From an uncultured Acidobacteriaceae bacterium (lineage in GTDB: Bacteria > Acidobacteriota > Terriglobia > Terriglobales > Acidobacteriaceae): a stretch of DNA of 64,000 nt. The notes under the pieces were generated by a model. It saw only the letters and a program-made list of their open reading frames with translations. It was not told where the DNA came from and made no database searches. Position 1 is the first letter of the stretch. Each line of letters begins with the position of its first letter. Below, piece after piece: positions 44,469 to 55,134 of the stretch. A program made the translations under genes and the position numbers. The DNA lies in contig CAWEBA010000025.1 in the NCBI GenBank assembly GCA_963807145.1, positions 39,922 to 103,921 of the forward strand, in the 5' to 3' direction.

Positions 44469-45752
44469 CTAGCCAATCGCAGCTGCAAATCGCCGGGCAA
44501 ACTGGAAAACATCTTGATAGGAGTTGTAAAGTGGCATTGGTGCAACCCGGAAAACGTCGGGTTCCCGCCAGTCGCCCACAATGCCCTCCTGGGCAAGCCT
44601 TTTGCACAGGGACCGACCATTTTGTGAAATTCGGATGGACAGCTGCGCGCCCCGCCGGTCCACTTCATGCGGCGTAATAATTGAAAAAGCCCGAGATGCC
44701 TTCTGATTCAGCAGGAACTCCAGATACCCGGTCAGCGACACGCTCTTCGCCCGCAAACGTTCCATTCCCGCTTCTTGGAAGATAGCCATCGAGGCGCGCA
44801 AAACGGCCAAACTGACTATCGACGGATTGCTCAACTGCCAGCCGTCGGCTCCGGGCATCGCGCGGAAGTAAGGCCCCATCTCGAACCGCGACTCTTCGTC
44901 ATGCCCCCACCAGCCTGCAAATCGAGGCAGACCCAACTCGCGTCCATGCCGCGCATGAACAAAACAACCCGCAACACATCCCGGTCCGCCATTCAAATAC
45001 TTGTAGCTGCACCACACCGCAAAATCCGGGCCCCACTCATGAAGTCTTAACACCAAATTTCCGGCCGCGTGCGCAAGATCAAAACCGACCACGCAGCCCC
45101 GTGCCCGGCCCAAATCCGCGATGCGGGCCATGTCAAAGGCTTGACCGGTAGAATAATTTACTCCCCCCAACATAATCAGAGCGATGGCATCTCCTTCGCG
45201 CTCGATCACAGATTCAATATCTTCATCGCGAAGGCAGGCCTCGCCGGTCCGCGGGGTCAACTCAATCAGCGACGTCGCCGGGTCAAAGCCGTGGAAACGA
45301 ATCTGCGACTGCACAGCGTATTGGTCCGAGGGGAAGGCTCCGTGTTCGACAACGATCTTGTGTCGTTCTCGCGTCGGACGGTAAAACGAAACCATCATCA
45401 GGTGCAGGTTCACAGTGAGCGAATTCATGACTACAACTTCAGCGGGATTCGCTCCCACCAGCTCTGCGGTCTGCTCGGTTAGAAGCCGGTGGTAAGGCAT
45501 CCACGGGTTCTTCGCGTGGAAATGTCCCTCCACGCCAAGCTGCGCCCATTCGTTCAGTTCCTGCTCGACATATCCTGCCGCGGTCTTGGGCTGGAGTCCG
45601 AGCGAGTGCCCGCACAGATAAATGCATTCGCGGCCTGGAGTGCTGGGAAGGAAGAAACGTTCACGGAACTCCTTCAGCGGATCGCGTTCATCCATCGCAA
45701 TCGCAAAATCTTCGTTGGATTGGAAATTCGGCCGATTCTGGGGGTCGCTCAC
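44469..45752 (-). CDS. kynU: Kynureninase
   Basis: IYLCGHSLGLQPK, FPSDQYAV, VGFDLAHAAGN and WCSYKYLNGGPG (PLP Lys region) match kynureninase. Confidence 0.9.
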   Translation of the reverse strand: MSDPQNRPNFQSNEDFAIAMDERDPLKEFRERFFLPSTPGRECIYLCGHSLGLQPKTAAGYVEQELNEWAQLGVEGHFHAKNPWMPYHRLLTEQTAELVGANPAEVVVMNSLTVNLHLMMVSFYRPTRERHKIVVEHGAFPSDQYAVQSQIRFHGFDPATSLIELTPRTGEACLRDEDIESVIEREGDAIALIMLGGVNYSTGQAFDMARIADLGRARGCVVGFDLAHAAGNLVLRLHEWGPDFAVWCSYKYLNGGPGCVAGCFVHARHGRELGLPRFAGWWGHDEESRFEMGPYFRAMPGADGWQLSNPSIVSLAVLRASMAIFQEAGMERLRAKSVSLTGYLEFLLNQKASRAFSIITPHEVDRRGAQLSIRISQNGRSLCKRLAQEGIVGDWREPDVFRVAPMPLYNSYQDVFQFARRFAAAIG

Positions 45753-47116
45753 TGCCCAATCTCCAGCGGGGTAAGATCATGGCGAATCAGCTGATCTGCT
45801 CGGCGCCAATCGAGGTCCTCAACCCGATCGATGGAGTCACACAGCTCGGCCAGCATTCTGTCCTGAACCGTGCCCCGCTCCAAAGCAACCGAGTAGGGAA
45901 TGCGATGAAACGTCACCATGGCATATTTCGGCACGAAGAGTTGAGGATACTTTGCTTCCAACGCCAGCTCCACTTTCTTTCGCAGCAGGAATCGCGCGTC
46001 CGCAACCCGATCCCTCATTTCCGTAAAATTCTCAATCGCCATGTCTGCAATGGCGTCCGTATTGACCTTGCGCTGTTTCTCGAACTCGGCGAAAACGTGC
46101 GCCCAGTCCGCGCCGTGCTGGTCGAGTAACTCAACCAGACAAGTGCAGTCTTCGAACCCGCAGTTGATTCCCTGGCCAAAGAAGGGAACGATCGCGTGAA
46201 CCGCGTCCCCGAGAAGCAGCGCTCTTCCTTCCACATGCCACGGAGAGCACTTGACGGTGACCATCGCACCGGTCGGATTCGCAAAATAATTGTCGGCCAG
46301 CTGCGGCATCAGTGGAACTGCATCCGGGAAGCGAGACTCGAAAAACTGGATCACCTGTGCCCGCGTGGTCAGGCCGTCAAAGCTGTCCGCGCCTTCGAAC
46401 GGCAGAAAAAGAATGCAGGCAAATGTCCCATCGATGTTGGGCAAGGCAATCAGCATGTGGTTGCCCCTCGGCCAGATATGCAGCGCATGAGTCTCCAGAA
46501 CATGCTCACCGTTTGGCCCAGCAAGAATCGTCAACTCTTTGTAGCCGTAGTCGAGATACTGCTGCGAAAAATTAAATCGGGGTTGCTTAAGCATTTCCGC
46601 GCGAATCGCCGACGCCGAACCATCGCAGCCGATCACAACCTCCGTCGCCCGCGTTGTCTCTTCACCCGTTTCTTCGTTGCGCAGTCGTGTCGCGCCCGTC
46701 TTCAAGTCGTATCCCGTGCAGCGCTGATTAAAGTGAATTGTCGCCCCGTGTTCCTCCGCCGCGTTGATGAGCGCAATGTTCAGTTCCGCCCGTGAAATCG
46801 AGTTGATGACTTCCGCTTCGTCCTTCCCATAGGGCTGGAATGTCAGTTCGCCAGCGGTCGAATGCATCATCCGGCCCTTCATCGGGATAATGATGCTGCG
46901 CATCCGCTCCCAGAGTCCGGCTTGCTGCAACGCATGAATGCCGCGGGTCGAAAGCGCGAGGTTGATAGATCGTCCAGCGCTCATCCGCACGCGTCGCATA
47001 TCAGGCCGTCGCTCATAAATCTCGACCGTGAATCCCCTTTCCGCCAAAAGAATAGCCAGGAGGGGACCGTTCAGTCCGGCGCCGATCAGCGTGACTTTGT
47101 CAGGTGCAGCCTTCAT
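45749..47116 (-). CDS. kmo: Kynurenine 3-monooxygenase (FAD-dependent)
   Basis: VTLIGAGLNGPLLAILLAERGF (GxGxxG), RSINLALSTRG, LLLGDAVHAIVPFFGQGINCGFED. ATG 47116 is chosen. The stop overlaps the kynU start by 4 nt. Confidence 0.9.
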   Translation of the reverse strand: MKAAPDKVTLIGAGLNGPLLAILLAERGFTVEIYERRPDMRRVRMSAGRSINLALSTRGIHALQQAGLWERMRSIIIPMKGRMMHSTAGELTFQPYGKDEAEVINSISRAELNIALINAAEEHGATIHFNQRCTGYDLKTGATRLRNEETGEETTRATEVVIGCDGSASAIRAEMLKQPRFNFSQQYLDYGYKELTILAGPNGEHVLETHALHIWPRGNHMLIALPNIDGTFACILFLPFEGADSFDGLTTRAQVIQFFESRFPDAVPLMPQLADNYFANPTGAMVTVKCSPWHVEGRALLLGDAVHAIVPFFGQGINCGFEDCTCLVELLDQHGADWAHVFAEFEKQRKVNTDAIADMAIENFTEMRDRVADARFLLRKKVELALEAKYPQLFVPKYAMVTFHRIPYSVALERGTVQDRMLAELCDSIDRVEDLDWRRADQLIRHDLTPLEIGQ

Positions 47117-47169
47117 CTGAGGTGCGACGAATATTCTCCCCAACCGAGAACGTTGAAGAGAACAACTTC

Positions 47170-49026
47170 TTACTCGGTTAGCAACGTTCTCGCCTCCCAC
47201 AATTCGGGAAAGAATTTCTTGTCGAGAGTCAGTTTCAGGTAAGACGCTCCGGTGCTTCCCCCGGTGCCCATGCGGATGCCGATAATTCGCTCCACCAGTT
47301 GAATGTGGCGCAGCCGCCAGCTCACCACCAGTTCGTCAAACTCCGTCAGACGTTCGCACACATCGATCCAGTCGCGATGATGATGTTCATCCTTGTAGAG
47401 TTCATGGACTGCGCGCGCGCGCGCTTCGAATCGCTCGCCCTCGCTCGCACCCTCACCGGCCGGCGGAAGCTTGCCCATCGCCTGTAAAGCCCCGAAGAAT
47501 ACGTCGCGCAGCGAGGGCTCCTCCAACCGGCGCTTCAGGCTTGCGTAAGCCTCCGGTGTCGGCCGATGATAGCGAAGCATTTTCTCGTCTTTCAAGCCGC
47601 ACAGAAATTCGATTTCGCGAAACTGCTCAGACTGAAATCCGCTGGCCGGCTCCAGCAGCCCGCGAAACGCAAGAAAATGTGTAGGCAGCATCGTTTCCAG
47701 AATTGTGAACTGCTCCACCAGCACCCGCGTGATCTCGGTGCAGCGCCGCAACAACCGCGCGGCCTCATACACTTCATCATGCGATTGCGGCGCCTCGCCA
47801 GCTTTCCGCAAATTAGCGACCACGGCATCTAGGTCATGCAACAACTCTTTAAACCAAAGCTCATAAGTCTGGTGCACAAGAATAAACAGCAACTCGTCAT
47901 GATGCGGTGGCACAGAATGCGGCTTCTGCAACTCGAGCAATTCCGGAACCTTCAAGTACGAACTGTAAGTAAGTTGCCCAGGCTCAGGCGCAGACGGCCC
48001 GGCTGCCGCGCCAGACGTGGCCTTTGGCGACTCCACTTTTAGCCCAAGGAATCGCTCCGCATTTCCGCCGAGAATTCTACCCTCGGCGCCTCGCGCTAGG
48101 TCACTTTGGCGGACGAGCGACCCAACCCGTTCCTCCCCCAGCGGAAACGGATAGTCGGAGCCGAGCATGACTCGATCTGCCCCCATCGTCCCGACCAGAA
48201 ACTGAAACGCCCGTTTATCAAACACTGCGGAGTCGACGTAGAAACGGTTGAGATAATAGCTGGGCGGATGCTCACTTTCCCCGCGCGCAACCGGATGATG
48301 ATGCCACGCATTTTCCAGCCGCCCCAGTAAGAAGGCGAAACTCCCGCCGCCGTGCGCGAAACAGATCCGGAGCGTGCCCGGCAGCCGGTCAAACGCTCCG
48401 CTCAAAATCATCGCCACCACCGACAACTGCGTCTCGGCTGGCATGCCGACTGTCCACGGCATCATGTATTTCGGCATGCGCTCCTGACCAAACATCTCCC
48501 AGGGATGCACCAGCACGGCCGCCCCCTCATCCGCGCAGTGCCGCAAAAAAGTCACAATCCCGCGATCATCCAGGTTCTTGTTGCCAACGTGATTTCCAAT
48601 CTGCACCCCGAGGTGTCCGGCCCGCATGCATCGGCTAAGCTCCTTGCAAGCCGCATCAACATCTTGTAAAGGCACCTGGCAAAGCGATTTCAAGCGGCCT
48701 TTTCCCCGACTGCAAAGCTCGAGCGCCGCATCGTTGAACAATCGCGCACAATCCAGCGCGTGTTCCACTGGACGCTCATACGCGAACAGCACCGGCGTCG
48801 CAGACATGACTTGCACATCAACGCCGTCCCGATCCATCTCCTGCAGCCGCACCTCCGGATCCCAGCACGCCGAATAAATATGACGGAAGAATCGATCTCC
48901 AATCAGGATGTCGGCTTTCCCCGGCTCGGTGTGCTTGATCCAAGGCCAGTTCGGTGTGCCGTAGCGCGCCGCCAGGTCGGCCCACCAACTAGGGAAAAAA
49001 TGATTATGAATGTCGATGACTGGCAT
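47170..49026 (-). CDS. Fusion protein: ACMSD-type amidohydrolase (N) + tryptophan 2,3-dioxygenase (C)
   Basis: Residues 1-~335 align by eye along their whole length to ACMSD (IDIHNHFFP, CWDPEVRLQEMD, VHPWEM, MPWTVGMPAETQ, CFAHGGGSF, GSDYPFPLGE). An Ala/Pro/Ser linker follows (KATSGAAAGPSAPEPG). Residues ~360-618 carry TDO motifs (YSSYLKVPELLELQKP, HDELLFILVHQTYELWFKELLHDL, GTGGSTGASYL). It is a single uninterrupted ORF. Confidence 0.85.
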   Translation of the reverse strand: MPVIDIHNHFFPSWWADLAARYGTPNWPWIKHTEPGKADILIGDRFFRHIYSACWDPEVRLQEMDRDGVDVQVMSATPVLFAYERPVEHALDCARLFNDAALELCSRGKGRLKSLCQVPLQDVDAACKELSRCMRAGHLGVQIGNHVGNKNLDDRGIVTFLRHCADEGAAVLVHPWEMFGQERMPKYMMPWTVGMPAETQLSVVAMILSGAFDRLPGTLRICFAHGGGSFAFLLGRLENAWHHHPVARGESEHPPSYYLNRFYVDSAVFDKRAFQFLVGTMGADRVMLGSDYPFPLGEERVGSLVRQSDLARGAEGRILGGNAERFLGLKVESPKATSGAAAGPSAPEPGQLTYSSYLKVPELLELQKPHSVPPHHDELLFILVHQTYELWFKELLHDLDAVVANLRKAGEAPQSHDEVYEAARLLRRCTEITRVLVEQFTILETMLPTHFLAFRGLLEPASGFQSEQFREIEFLCGLKDEKMLRYHRPTPEAYASLKRRLEEPSLRDVFFGALQAMGKLPPAGEGASEGERFEARARAVHELYKDEHHHRDWIDVCERLTEFDELVVSWRLRHIQLVERIIGIRMGTGGSTGASYLKLTLDKKFFPELWEARTLLTE

Positions 49027-49029
49027 GCT

Positions 49030-49988
<959 letters not shown>

Positions 49989-50012
49989 CGCATTATTCGC
50001 CCGGCCAACAAA

Positions 50013-51467
50013 TCACAGTCGAATGCAAATATTGTTCAGTTCAGAATAGAAATTCAACGAATGCATCCCACCTTCGCGCCCTATGCCGGAAAGCCCCGCT
50101 CCGCCAAACGGCGTCCGCAGGTCGCGTAGAAACCAGCAATTCACCCACGTGATGCCCACCTTCATCTGTTGCGCCACACGATGCCCCCGTTTCAAGTTGC
50201 TGGTCCAGATCGACGCAGCGAGACCGTACTTCGTATCGTTGGCCATGGCGACCGCCTCCTCCTCCGAATCAAACGGCGCGATGTGGCACACAGGACCAAA
50301 GATTTCCTCCTTCACACAGCGCGCGGATTCCGGAAGCCCAGTATAGATGGTTGGTTGCACATAGAAGCCGTGATCGCGATTGTCGCCAAACTTTGGAAAT
50401 CCTCCGCCCGTAATAACCGTCGCACCTTCTTCTTTAGCTAGCTGGTAATACGAAAGCACCTTCTCCCGATGTTGCGCCGAAATCAGCGGCCCCAGATCAG
50501 TCTTCGCGTCATTTGGCCAACCCGCGTGCAGCTTCTCCGCTTTTTGTTTCAGTGCCCTAACAAAGTCGCTGAAGACTTTCCGCTCTACATAAATCCGTTC
50601 AGCGCACAGGCAGACCTGCCCGGTATTGAGAAACACCGCCTCCGCTAAACCGTTCACCGTTTCTTCCAGATGGCAATCGGCGAACACGATCGCCGCATTC
50701 TTTCCGCCCAGTTCAAAGGAAACCGGCTTCACGGTCGGCGCGACCGCCTTCATAATGGCTGTCCCCGTTCTCGATTCTCCGGTGAATGTGATTGCATCCA
50801 CATCCGCGTGTTGCGTCAGGAATTCTCCCGCAGACCCCGGCCCGAAGCCATGCACAACGTTATAAACGCCATTCGGGATCCCCGCCTCTTGCATCGCTTC
50901 GGCCAGGAGCGCCGCCGTAGCCGGAGTTTCTTCGGAGGGTTTCACCACGACTGCATTCCCGCAAGCCAGCGCCGGCGCAACTTTCCAGGTGAGCAGCAGC
51001 AATGGCAGGTTCCACGGCGTAATCACTCCGATCACGCCCAAAGGCTTGCGCACAGCATAGTTCAAGGCGTTTGTGCCGTCGGGAGTTTCCGTCTGAAAAG
51101 ATTCCAGCCCAGACATCTTCACCAAATCGGCAAACACGCGAAAATTCGCCGCAGCGCGAGGGACATCGAGCCTCGAGGCCAGGGAAACCGGCTTGCCCGT
51201 ATCCGCAACTTCGGCCTGCACGAAGCAGTCAAACCGCTTCTCAATCGCGTCCGCGACCCGGTGCAATCGCGCCGCACGCTCGCGGATTCCAATCTGTCCC
51301 CATTCTCCACCTAAAGCCCACCGAGCCGCGTGCACAGCCTCGTCTACTTGCGACTCACCAGCTTCGGTGACCTGCGCGATTACAGTTCCGTCCGCCGGAT
51401 TCACATCCGCAAACTCGCGTTCCCCGGACACGAACCTTCCATCAATGTAATTCTGGATTAATTTCAC
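50013..51467 (-). CDS. Aldehyde dehydrogenase (candidate 2-aminomuconate-6-semialdehyde dehydrogenase)
   Basis: WNLPLLLLTWKVAPALACGNAVVVKPSE, FTGESRTG, FELGGKNA, GQVCLCAER and EEIFGPV. GTG 51467 (VKLIQNYIDG) is the proposed start. Substrate is inferred from context. Confidence 0.75.
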   Translation of the reverse strand: MKLIQNYIDGRFVSGEREFADVNPADGTVIAQVTEAGESQVDEAVHAARWALGGEWGQIGIRERAARLHRVADAIEKRFDCFVQAEVADTGKPVSLASRLDVPRAAANFRVFADLVKMSGLESFQTETPDGTNALNYAVRKPLGVIGVITPWNLPLLLLTWKVAPALACGNAVVVKPSEETPATAALLAEAMQEAGIPNGVYNVVHGFGPGSAGEFLTQHADVDAITFTGESRTGTAIMKAVAPTVKPVSFELGGKNAAIVFADCHLEETVNGLAEAVFLNTGQVCLCAERIYVERKVFSDFVRALKQKAEKLHAGWPNDAKTDLGPLISAQHREKVLSYYQLAKEEGATVITGGGFPKFGDNRDHGFYVQPTIYTGLPESARCVKEEIFGPVCHIAPFDSEEEAVAMANDTKYGLAASIWTSNLKRGHRVAQQMKVGITWVNCWFLRDLRTPFGGAGLSGIGREGGMHSLNFYSELNNICIRL

Positions 51468-51529
51468 GAAATCCCCAGGCGGGTCTCGGCAATCGTAGCA
51501 GGGCAGCCGGAAGCGAGGCAATCTCCACG

Positions 51530-52372
51530 TTAACTCGTAAGCTGCCGCTGTTCCAGATAGCGTCGCAATGCATCACGCCAGGATGGCATCTCAATTCCAA
51601 TAGCAAGCAGACGCCTCGGCGACAACACTGAATACGCGGGTCGAGGCGCAGGGCGGGCCATCTGCTGGCTGCTCACGGGCCGCACAGTTGTTGCCAGCCC
51701 CGAACTCTTCAAGATCTCTTGCGCAAACTCAAACCACGTACAATCGCCGGCGTTGGTCACGTGCACTATCCCCGTCGCGTTCTTCCGGCACAATTGAATA
51801 ATTGCTCGTGCCAGATCCTCGGCATAAGTCGGAGAGCCGCGCTGATCATTCACGACATCAAGCGCCGGACGGGTCGCGGCCAGTTTCAAAATCGTATCGG
51901 GAAAGCATTTTCCACCAACTCCAAACAGCCACGAAGTTCTCACGATGCAACAATCCGGCATCAACTCCAGCAACCTGACCTCGGCCTCGGCCTTGGTGCG
52001 TCCATACACGCTCTGCGGATTGCGCACATCGCCAATCTTATAAGGAGTCGTCTTCGCTCCGTCGAAAACATAATCAGAGCTGAGAAAAATCAGCCGCGCT
52101 CCGACTTGCTTAGCAGCAGCGGAAACGTTTACCGCTCCGTCGCGGTTCACCGCAAAGGCCAACTCCGGCTTGCTTTCGCATCCGTCCACATCTGTATAAG
52201 CCGCGGCCAACACAATCCACTCCGGACGCGTTTCCTGCACCAGTTTCTGCACGCGCCTCGCGTCTCGTATGTCCGCAGCGTGCGAGGTGAGCCCGGTAAC
52301 GGTATCTCCGCTCCACTCGCGCATGAGCGCCTTCCCTAGTAAGCCGGAGGCGCCAAAAATTGTGATTCTCAT
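51530..52372 (-). CDS. rfbD: dTDP-4-dehydrorhamnose reductase
   Basis: MRITIFGASGLLGKAL, AAYTDVDGCE, YGRTKAEAE and RTSWLFG. Confidence 0.9.
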   Translation of the reverse strand: MRITIFGASGLLGKALMREWSGDTVTGLTSHAADIRDARRVQKLVQETRPEWIVLAAAYTDVDGCESKPELAFAVNRDGAVNVSAAAKQVGARLIFLSSDYVFDGAKTTPYKIGDVRNPQSVYGRTKAEAEVRLLELMPDCCIVRTSWLFGVGGKCFPDTILKLAATRPALDVVNDQRGSPTYAEDLARAIIQLCRKNATGIVHVTNAGDCTWFEFAQEILKSSGLATTVRPVSSQQMARPAPRPAYSVLSPRRLLAIGIEMPSWRDALRRYLEQRQLTS

Positions 52373-52378
52373 TGGGAT

Positions 52379-52960
52379 TTAGTCGAAACACTCAGCGTCG
52401 CGGAATGCAACGCCACGCTGGTCTTTTGCCGAGACGATTGGCTCGCCATCCAGTTCCCACTCGATTTTGAGTTGAGCGTCGTTCCACGCGAGGGTGCGTT
52501 CGGACTCGGGCGCATAAAAATCAGTCGCCTTGTAAAGCACGTGAGCCTTTTCCGAAAGCACGCGGAATCCATGCGCAAAGCCGGAGGGAATCCACAACAT
52601 GCGCTTATTCTCGCCCGACAAGCGCACTCCTTCCCAGCCACCGAAGGTCGACGAACTCCGGCGCATATCCACCGCGACATCCAGAATTTCCCCCTCAACC
52701 ACGCGCACCAGTTTCCCCTGCGGATTCTTCAATTGATAATGCAATCCCCGCAGCACATTTCGCGACGAACAGGAATGATTGTCTTGTACAAATCTCTCAA
52801 CAATCCCCACCTCCGCCATGATCCGCTGGTTGTAGCTCTCGAAGAAAAATCCGCGTTCGTCTCCGAATACTCGTGGTTCAAGCGCAAATACGCCCGGCAG
52901 CGAAGTCGGGATTTTCTTGAGCGCATCCATCACGGGCCGAAGCGACTGAACTGCATCCAT
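52379..52960 (-). CDS. rfbC: dTDP-4-dehydrorhamnose 3,5-epimerase
   Basis: FGDERGFFFESYN, VQDNHSCSSRNVLRGLHYQ, GKLVRVV.GEILDVAVD and IPSGFAHGF. Confidence 0.95.
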   Translation of the reverse strand: MDAVQSLRPVMDALKKIPTSLPGVFALEPRVFGDERGFFFESYNQRIMAEVGIVERFVQDNHSCSSRNVLRGLHYQLKNPQGKLVRVVEGEILDVAVDMRRSSSTFGGWEGVRLSGENKRMLWIPSGFAHGFRVLSEKAHVLYKATDFYAPESERTLAWNDAQLKIEWELDGEPIVSAKDQRGVAFRDAECFD

Positions 52961-53859
52961 CAGAATACCTTTTCCCGCAGAAGCTGCAGCAGGTAAGCGC
53001 CGTAACTATTATTCTTCATCGCATTGCCAATTCTTTCCACCTGATCCGCCGTGATGTAGCCGGAGCGCAGCGCAATCTCCTCCGGACAAGCCACCATAAG
53101 TCCCTGCCTCTTCTCAATCGCCTGAATGTAGAGCGCCGCATCCATCAACGATTCATGCGTGCCCGTGTCGAGCCACGCCATGCCGCGTCCCATCACCACC
53201 ACTTCCAACTCTCCGCGCTCTAAATACGCTTTGTTCACATCGGTAATCTCCAACTCGCCCCGCGCACTCGGCTTTAGCGCCTTCGCGATCTTTACCACCT
53301 GATCATCGTAGAAATAAAGTCCGGTCACCGCGTAACGCGATTTCGGCTGCCGCGGTTTCTCTTCGATGCTGAGAGCTCGTCCGGTTGCATCGAACTCCAC
53401 GACTCCGTAGCGTTCGGGATCGTGCACCGGATAAGCAAACACGCATGCGCCTCGCTTTTTACCCGCAGCTTGCCGTAAGTCCTTCCCCAAATCATGCCCA
53501 TAAAAAATGTTGTCGCCCAGCACCAGGGCGCAAGCGCTGCTTTTAATAAATTCTTCCCCCACAAGAAAAGCCTGCGCAATTCCTTCCGGCTTGGGCTGCA
53601 CCTTGTACTGCAGATGAATTCCAAACTGACTGCCATCCCCCAGCAGCGCCTCAAACTTGCTCACGTCCTCCGGCGTAGTAATAAGAAGAACGTCGCGAAT
53701 CCCCGCCAGCATTAGCGTGCACAGCGGGTAATAAATCATCGGCTTGTTGTAAACCGGCAGCAGGCTCTTCCCCATGGCATGAGTCACCGGATACAGGCGT
53801 GTCCCGGCCCCTCCCGCCAGAATGATTCCCTTGTAGCTCGCACTCGAGGCTTGCGTCAT
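52960..53859 (-). CDS. rfbA: Glucose-1-phosphate thymidylyltransferase
   Basis: [17 protein letters not shown]...[17 protein letters not shown]-type N-terminus (here [16 protein letters not shown]), LGDNIFYG and LEITDVN. Confidence 0.95.
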   Translation of the reverse strand: MTQASSASYKGIILAGGAGTRLYPVTHAMGKSLLPVYNKPMIYYPLCTLMLAGIRDVLLITTPEDVSKFEALLGDGSQFGIHLQYKVQPKPEGIAQAFLVGEEFIKSSACALVLGDNIFYGHDLGKDLRQAAGKKRGACVFAYPVHDPERYGVVEFDATGRALSIEEKPRQPKSRYAVTGLYFYDDQVVKIAKALKPSARGELEITDVNKAYLERGELEVVVMGRGMAWLDTGTHESLMDAALYIQAIEKRQGLMVACPEEIALRSGYITADQVERIGNAMKNNSYGAYLLQLLREKVF

Positions 53860-53892
53860 AGAATGATTCTTCTAATGCATCGCGGCAGCAAT

Positions 53893-54957
53893 TCAGGAAG
53901 AGTAGTGCGTCTCAATCCACTTCCGGTAGCCGCCGCTGGTGACGTCGCGGACCCAATCTTCATTTTCCAAATACCACTGCACCGTCTTGCGAATTCCGCT
54001 CTGAAACGTTTCCAGCGGACGCCACCCCAGTTCGCGCTCAATCTTAGTCGCATCCATGGCGTAGCGCCGGTCGTGTCCCGGACGGTCCTTCACAAATGTA
54101 ATCAGCCCGCGGCGCGGCATCCCGCGGCTTCCGGCCATCTCATCCACAATGTCGCAGATCGCCTCCACGATCTCGATATTCCGCTTCTCATTCCAGCCAC
54201 CAACGTTGTATGTCTGCCCAACTCGTCCCCGTGCGAGCACTTGTGCAATCGCTTCGCAGTGGTCCTCCACATAAAGCCAGTCGCGAACGTTTTGCCCGTC
54301 TCCATAAACCGGCAGCGGCTTGCCATCGCGCGCGTTCAGGATCACCAGCGGTATTAATTTTTCCGGAAACTGGAATCGCCCATAATTATTCGAGCAATTC
54401 GTAGTCAAAACCGGCAGCCCATAGGTGTGATGGTAAGCCCGCACAAAATGGTCGGACGCAGCCTTCGACGCCGCGTAGGGACTGTTGGGTGCATACGCCG
54501 TTATCTCAGAAAAAGGAGCATCGTCGGGTCCCAGCGAGCCATAAACTTCATCCGTGGAAACGTGCAGAAATCGAAAATCGACTTTCTCCCGTCCCTCCAA
54601 CCCTCCCCAATATGCCCGCACTTCCTCCAGCAGCGCGAAAGTCCCATCGACATTCGTGCGGATGAAATCGTCCGGTCCGCGGATCGAGCGATCCACATGG
54701 CTTTCGGCGGCAAAATGCACAATCGCCCGCGGCCGGCTGCGTTCCAGCAGCCCGCGCACCAGGCTCCGGTCGCCCACATCGCCATGCACAAACTCGTATC
54801 CAGGCTCGTTCGAAACGGCATCCAGGTTGTGCAGATTCCCCGCGTAGGTGAGTTTGTCCAGGTTTACGATCGAAGCCGAATCCCGCTCCATCCTCTGCAG
54901 AATGAAGTTGGATCCGATAAATCCTGCCCCACCTGTGACGAGGATTGTGTTTTCCAT
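53893..54957 (-). CDS. rfbB: dTDP-glucose 4,6-dehydratase
   Basis: MENTILVTGGAGFIGSNF, HFAAESHVDRSI, VSTDEVYG, YAASKAASDH and SNNYG. ATG 54957 is preferred over the 55071 extension. Confidence 0.95.
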   Translation of the reverse strand: MENTILVTGGAGFIGSNFILQRMERDSASIVNLDKLTYAGNLHNLDAVSNEPGYEFVHGDVGDRSLVRGLLERSRPRAIVHFAAESHVDRSIRGPDDFIRTNVDGTFALLEEVRAYWGGLEGREKVDFRFLHVSTDEVYGSLGPDDAPFSEITAYAPNSPYAASKAASDHFVRAYHHTYGLPVLTTNCSNNYGRFQFPEKLIPLVILNARDGKPLPVYGDGQNVRDWLYVEDHCEAIAQVLARGRVGQTYNVGGWNEKRNIEIVEAICDIVDEMAGSRGMPRRGLITFVKDRPGHDRRYAMDATKIERELGWRPLETFQSGIRKTVQWYLENEDWVRDVTSGGYRKWIETHYSS

Positions 54958-55134
54958 ATCGTCGAACTTCGGATCCAGCAGCACCCGGTCGCTCGCCAAA
55001 GCGTCGCCAGCGAACGAACTCCAATTGTAAACAAAAAGGACGGGATTCACCCCGTCCTCTTGTTGCTGCATCCGATTTTGTCTGCAAACTACCTGTTCAT
55101 CGAGTATGTTTCAGACCACCAGCGGGCCGGTCGC

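Noticed and set aside
44374-44607. N-terminal extension of the GGDEF ORF
   Set aside because: It overlaps the 3' end of kynU and is Cys/Arg-rich without TM character. An internal GTG just before the first TM helix is preferred, although that start is not proven.
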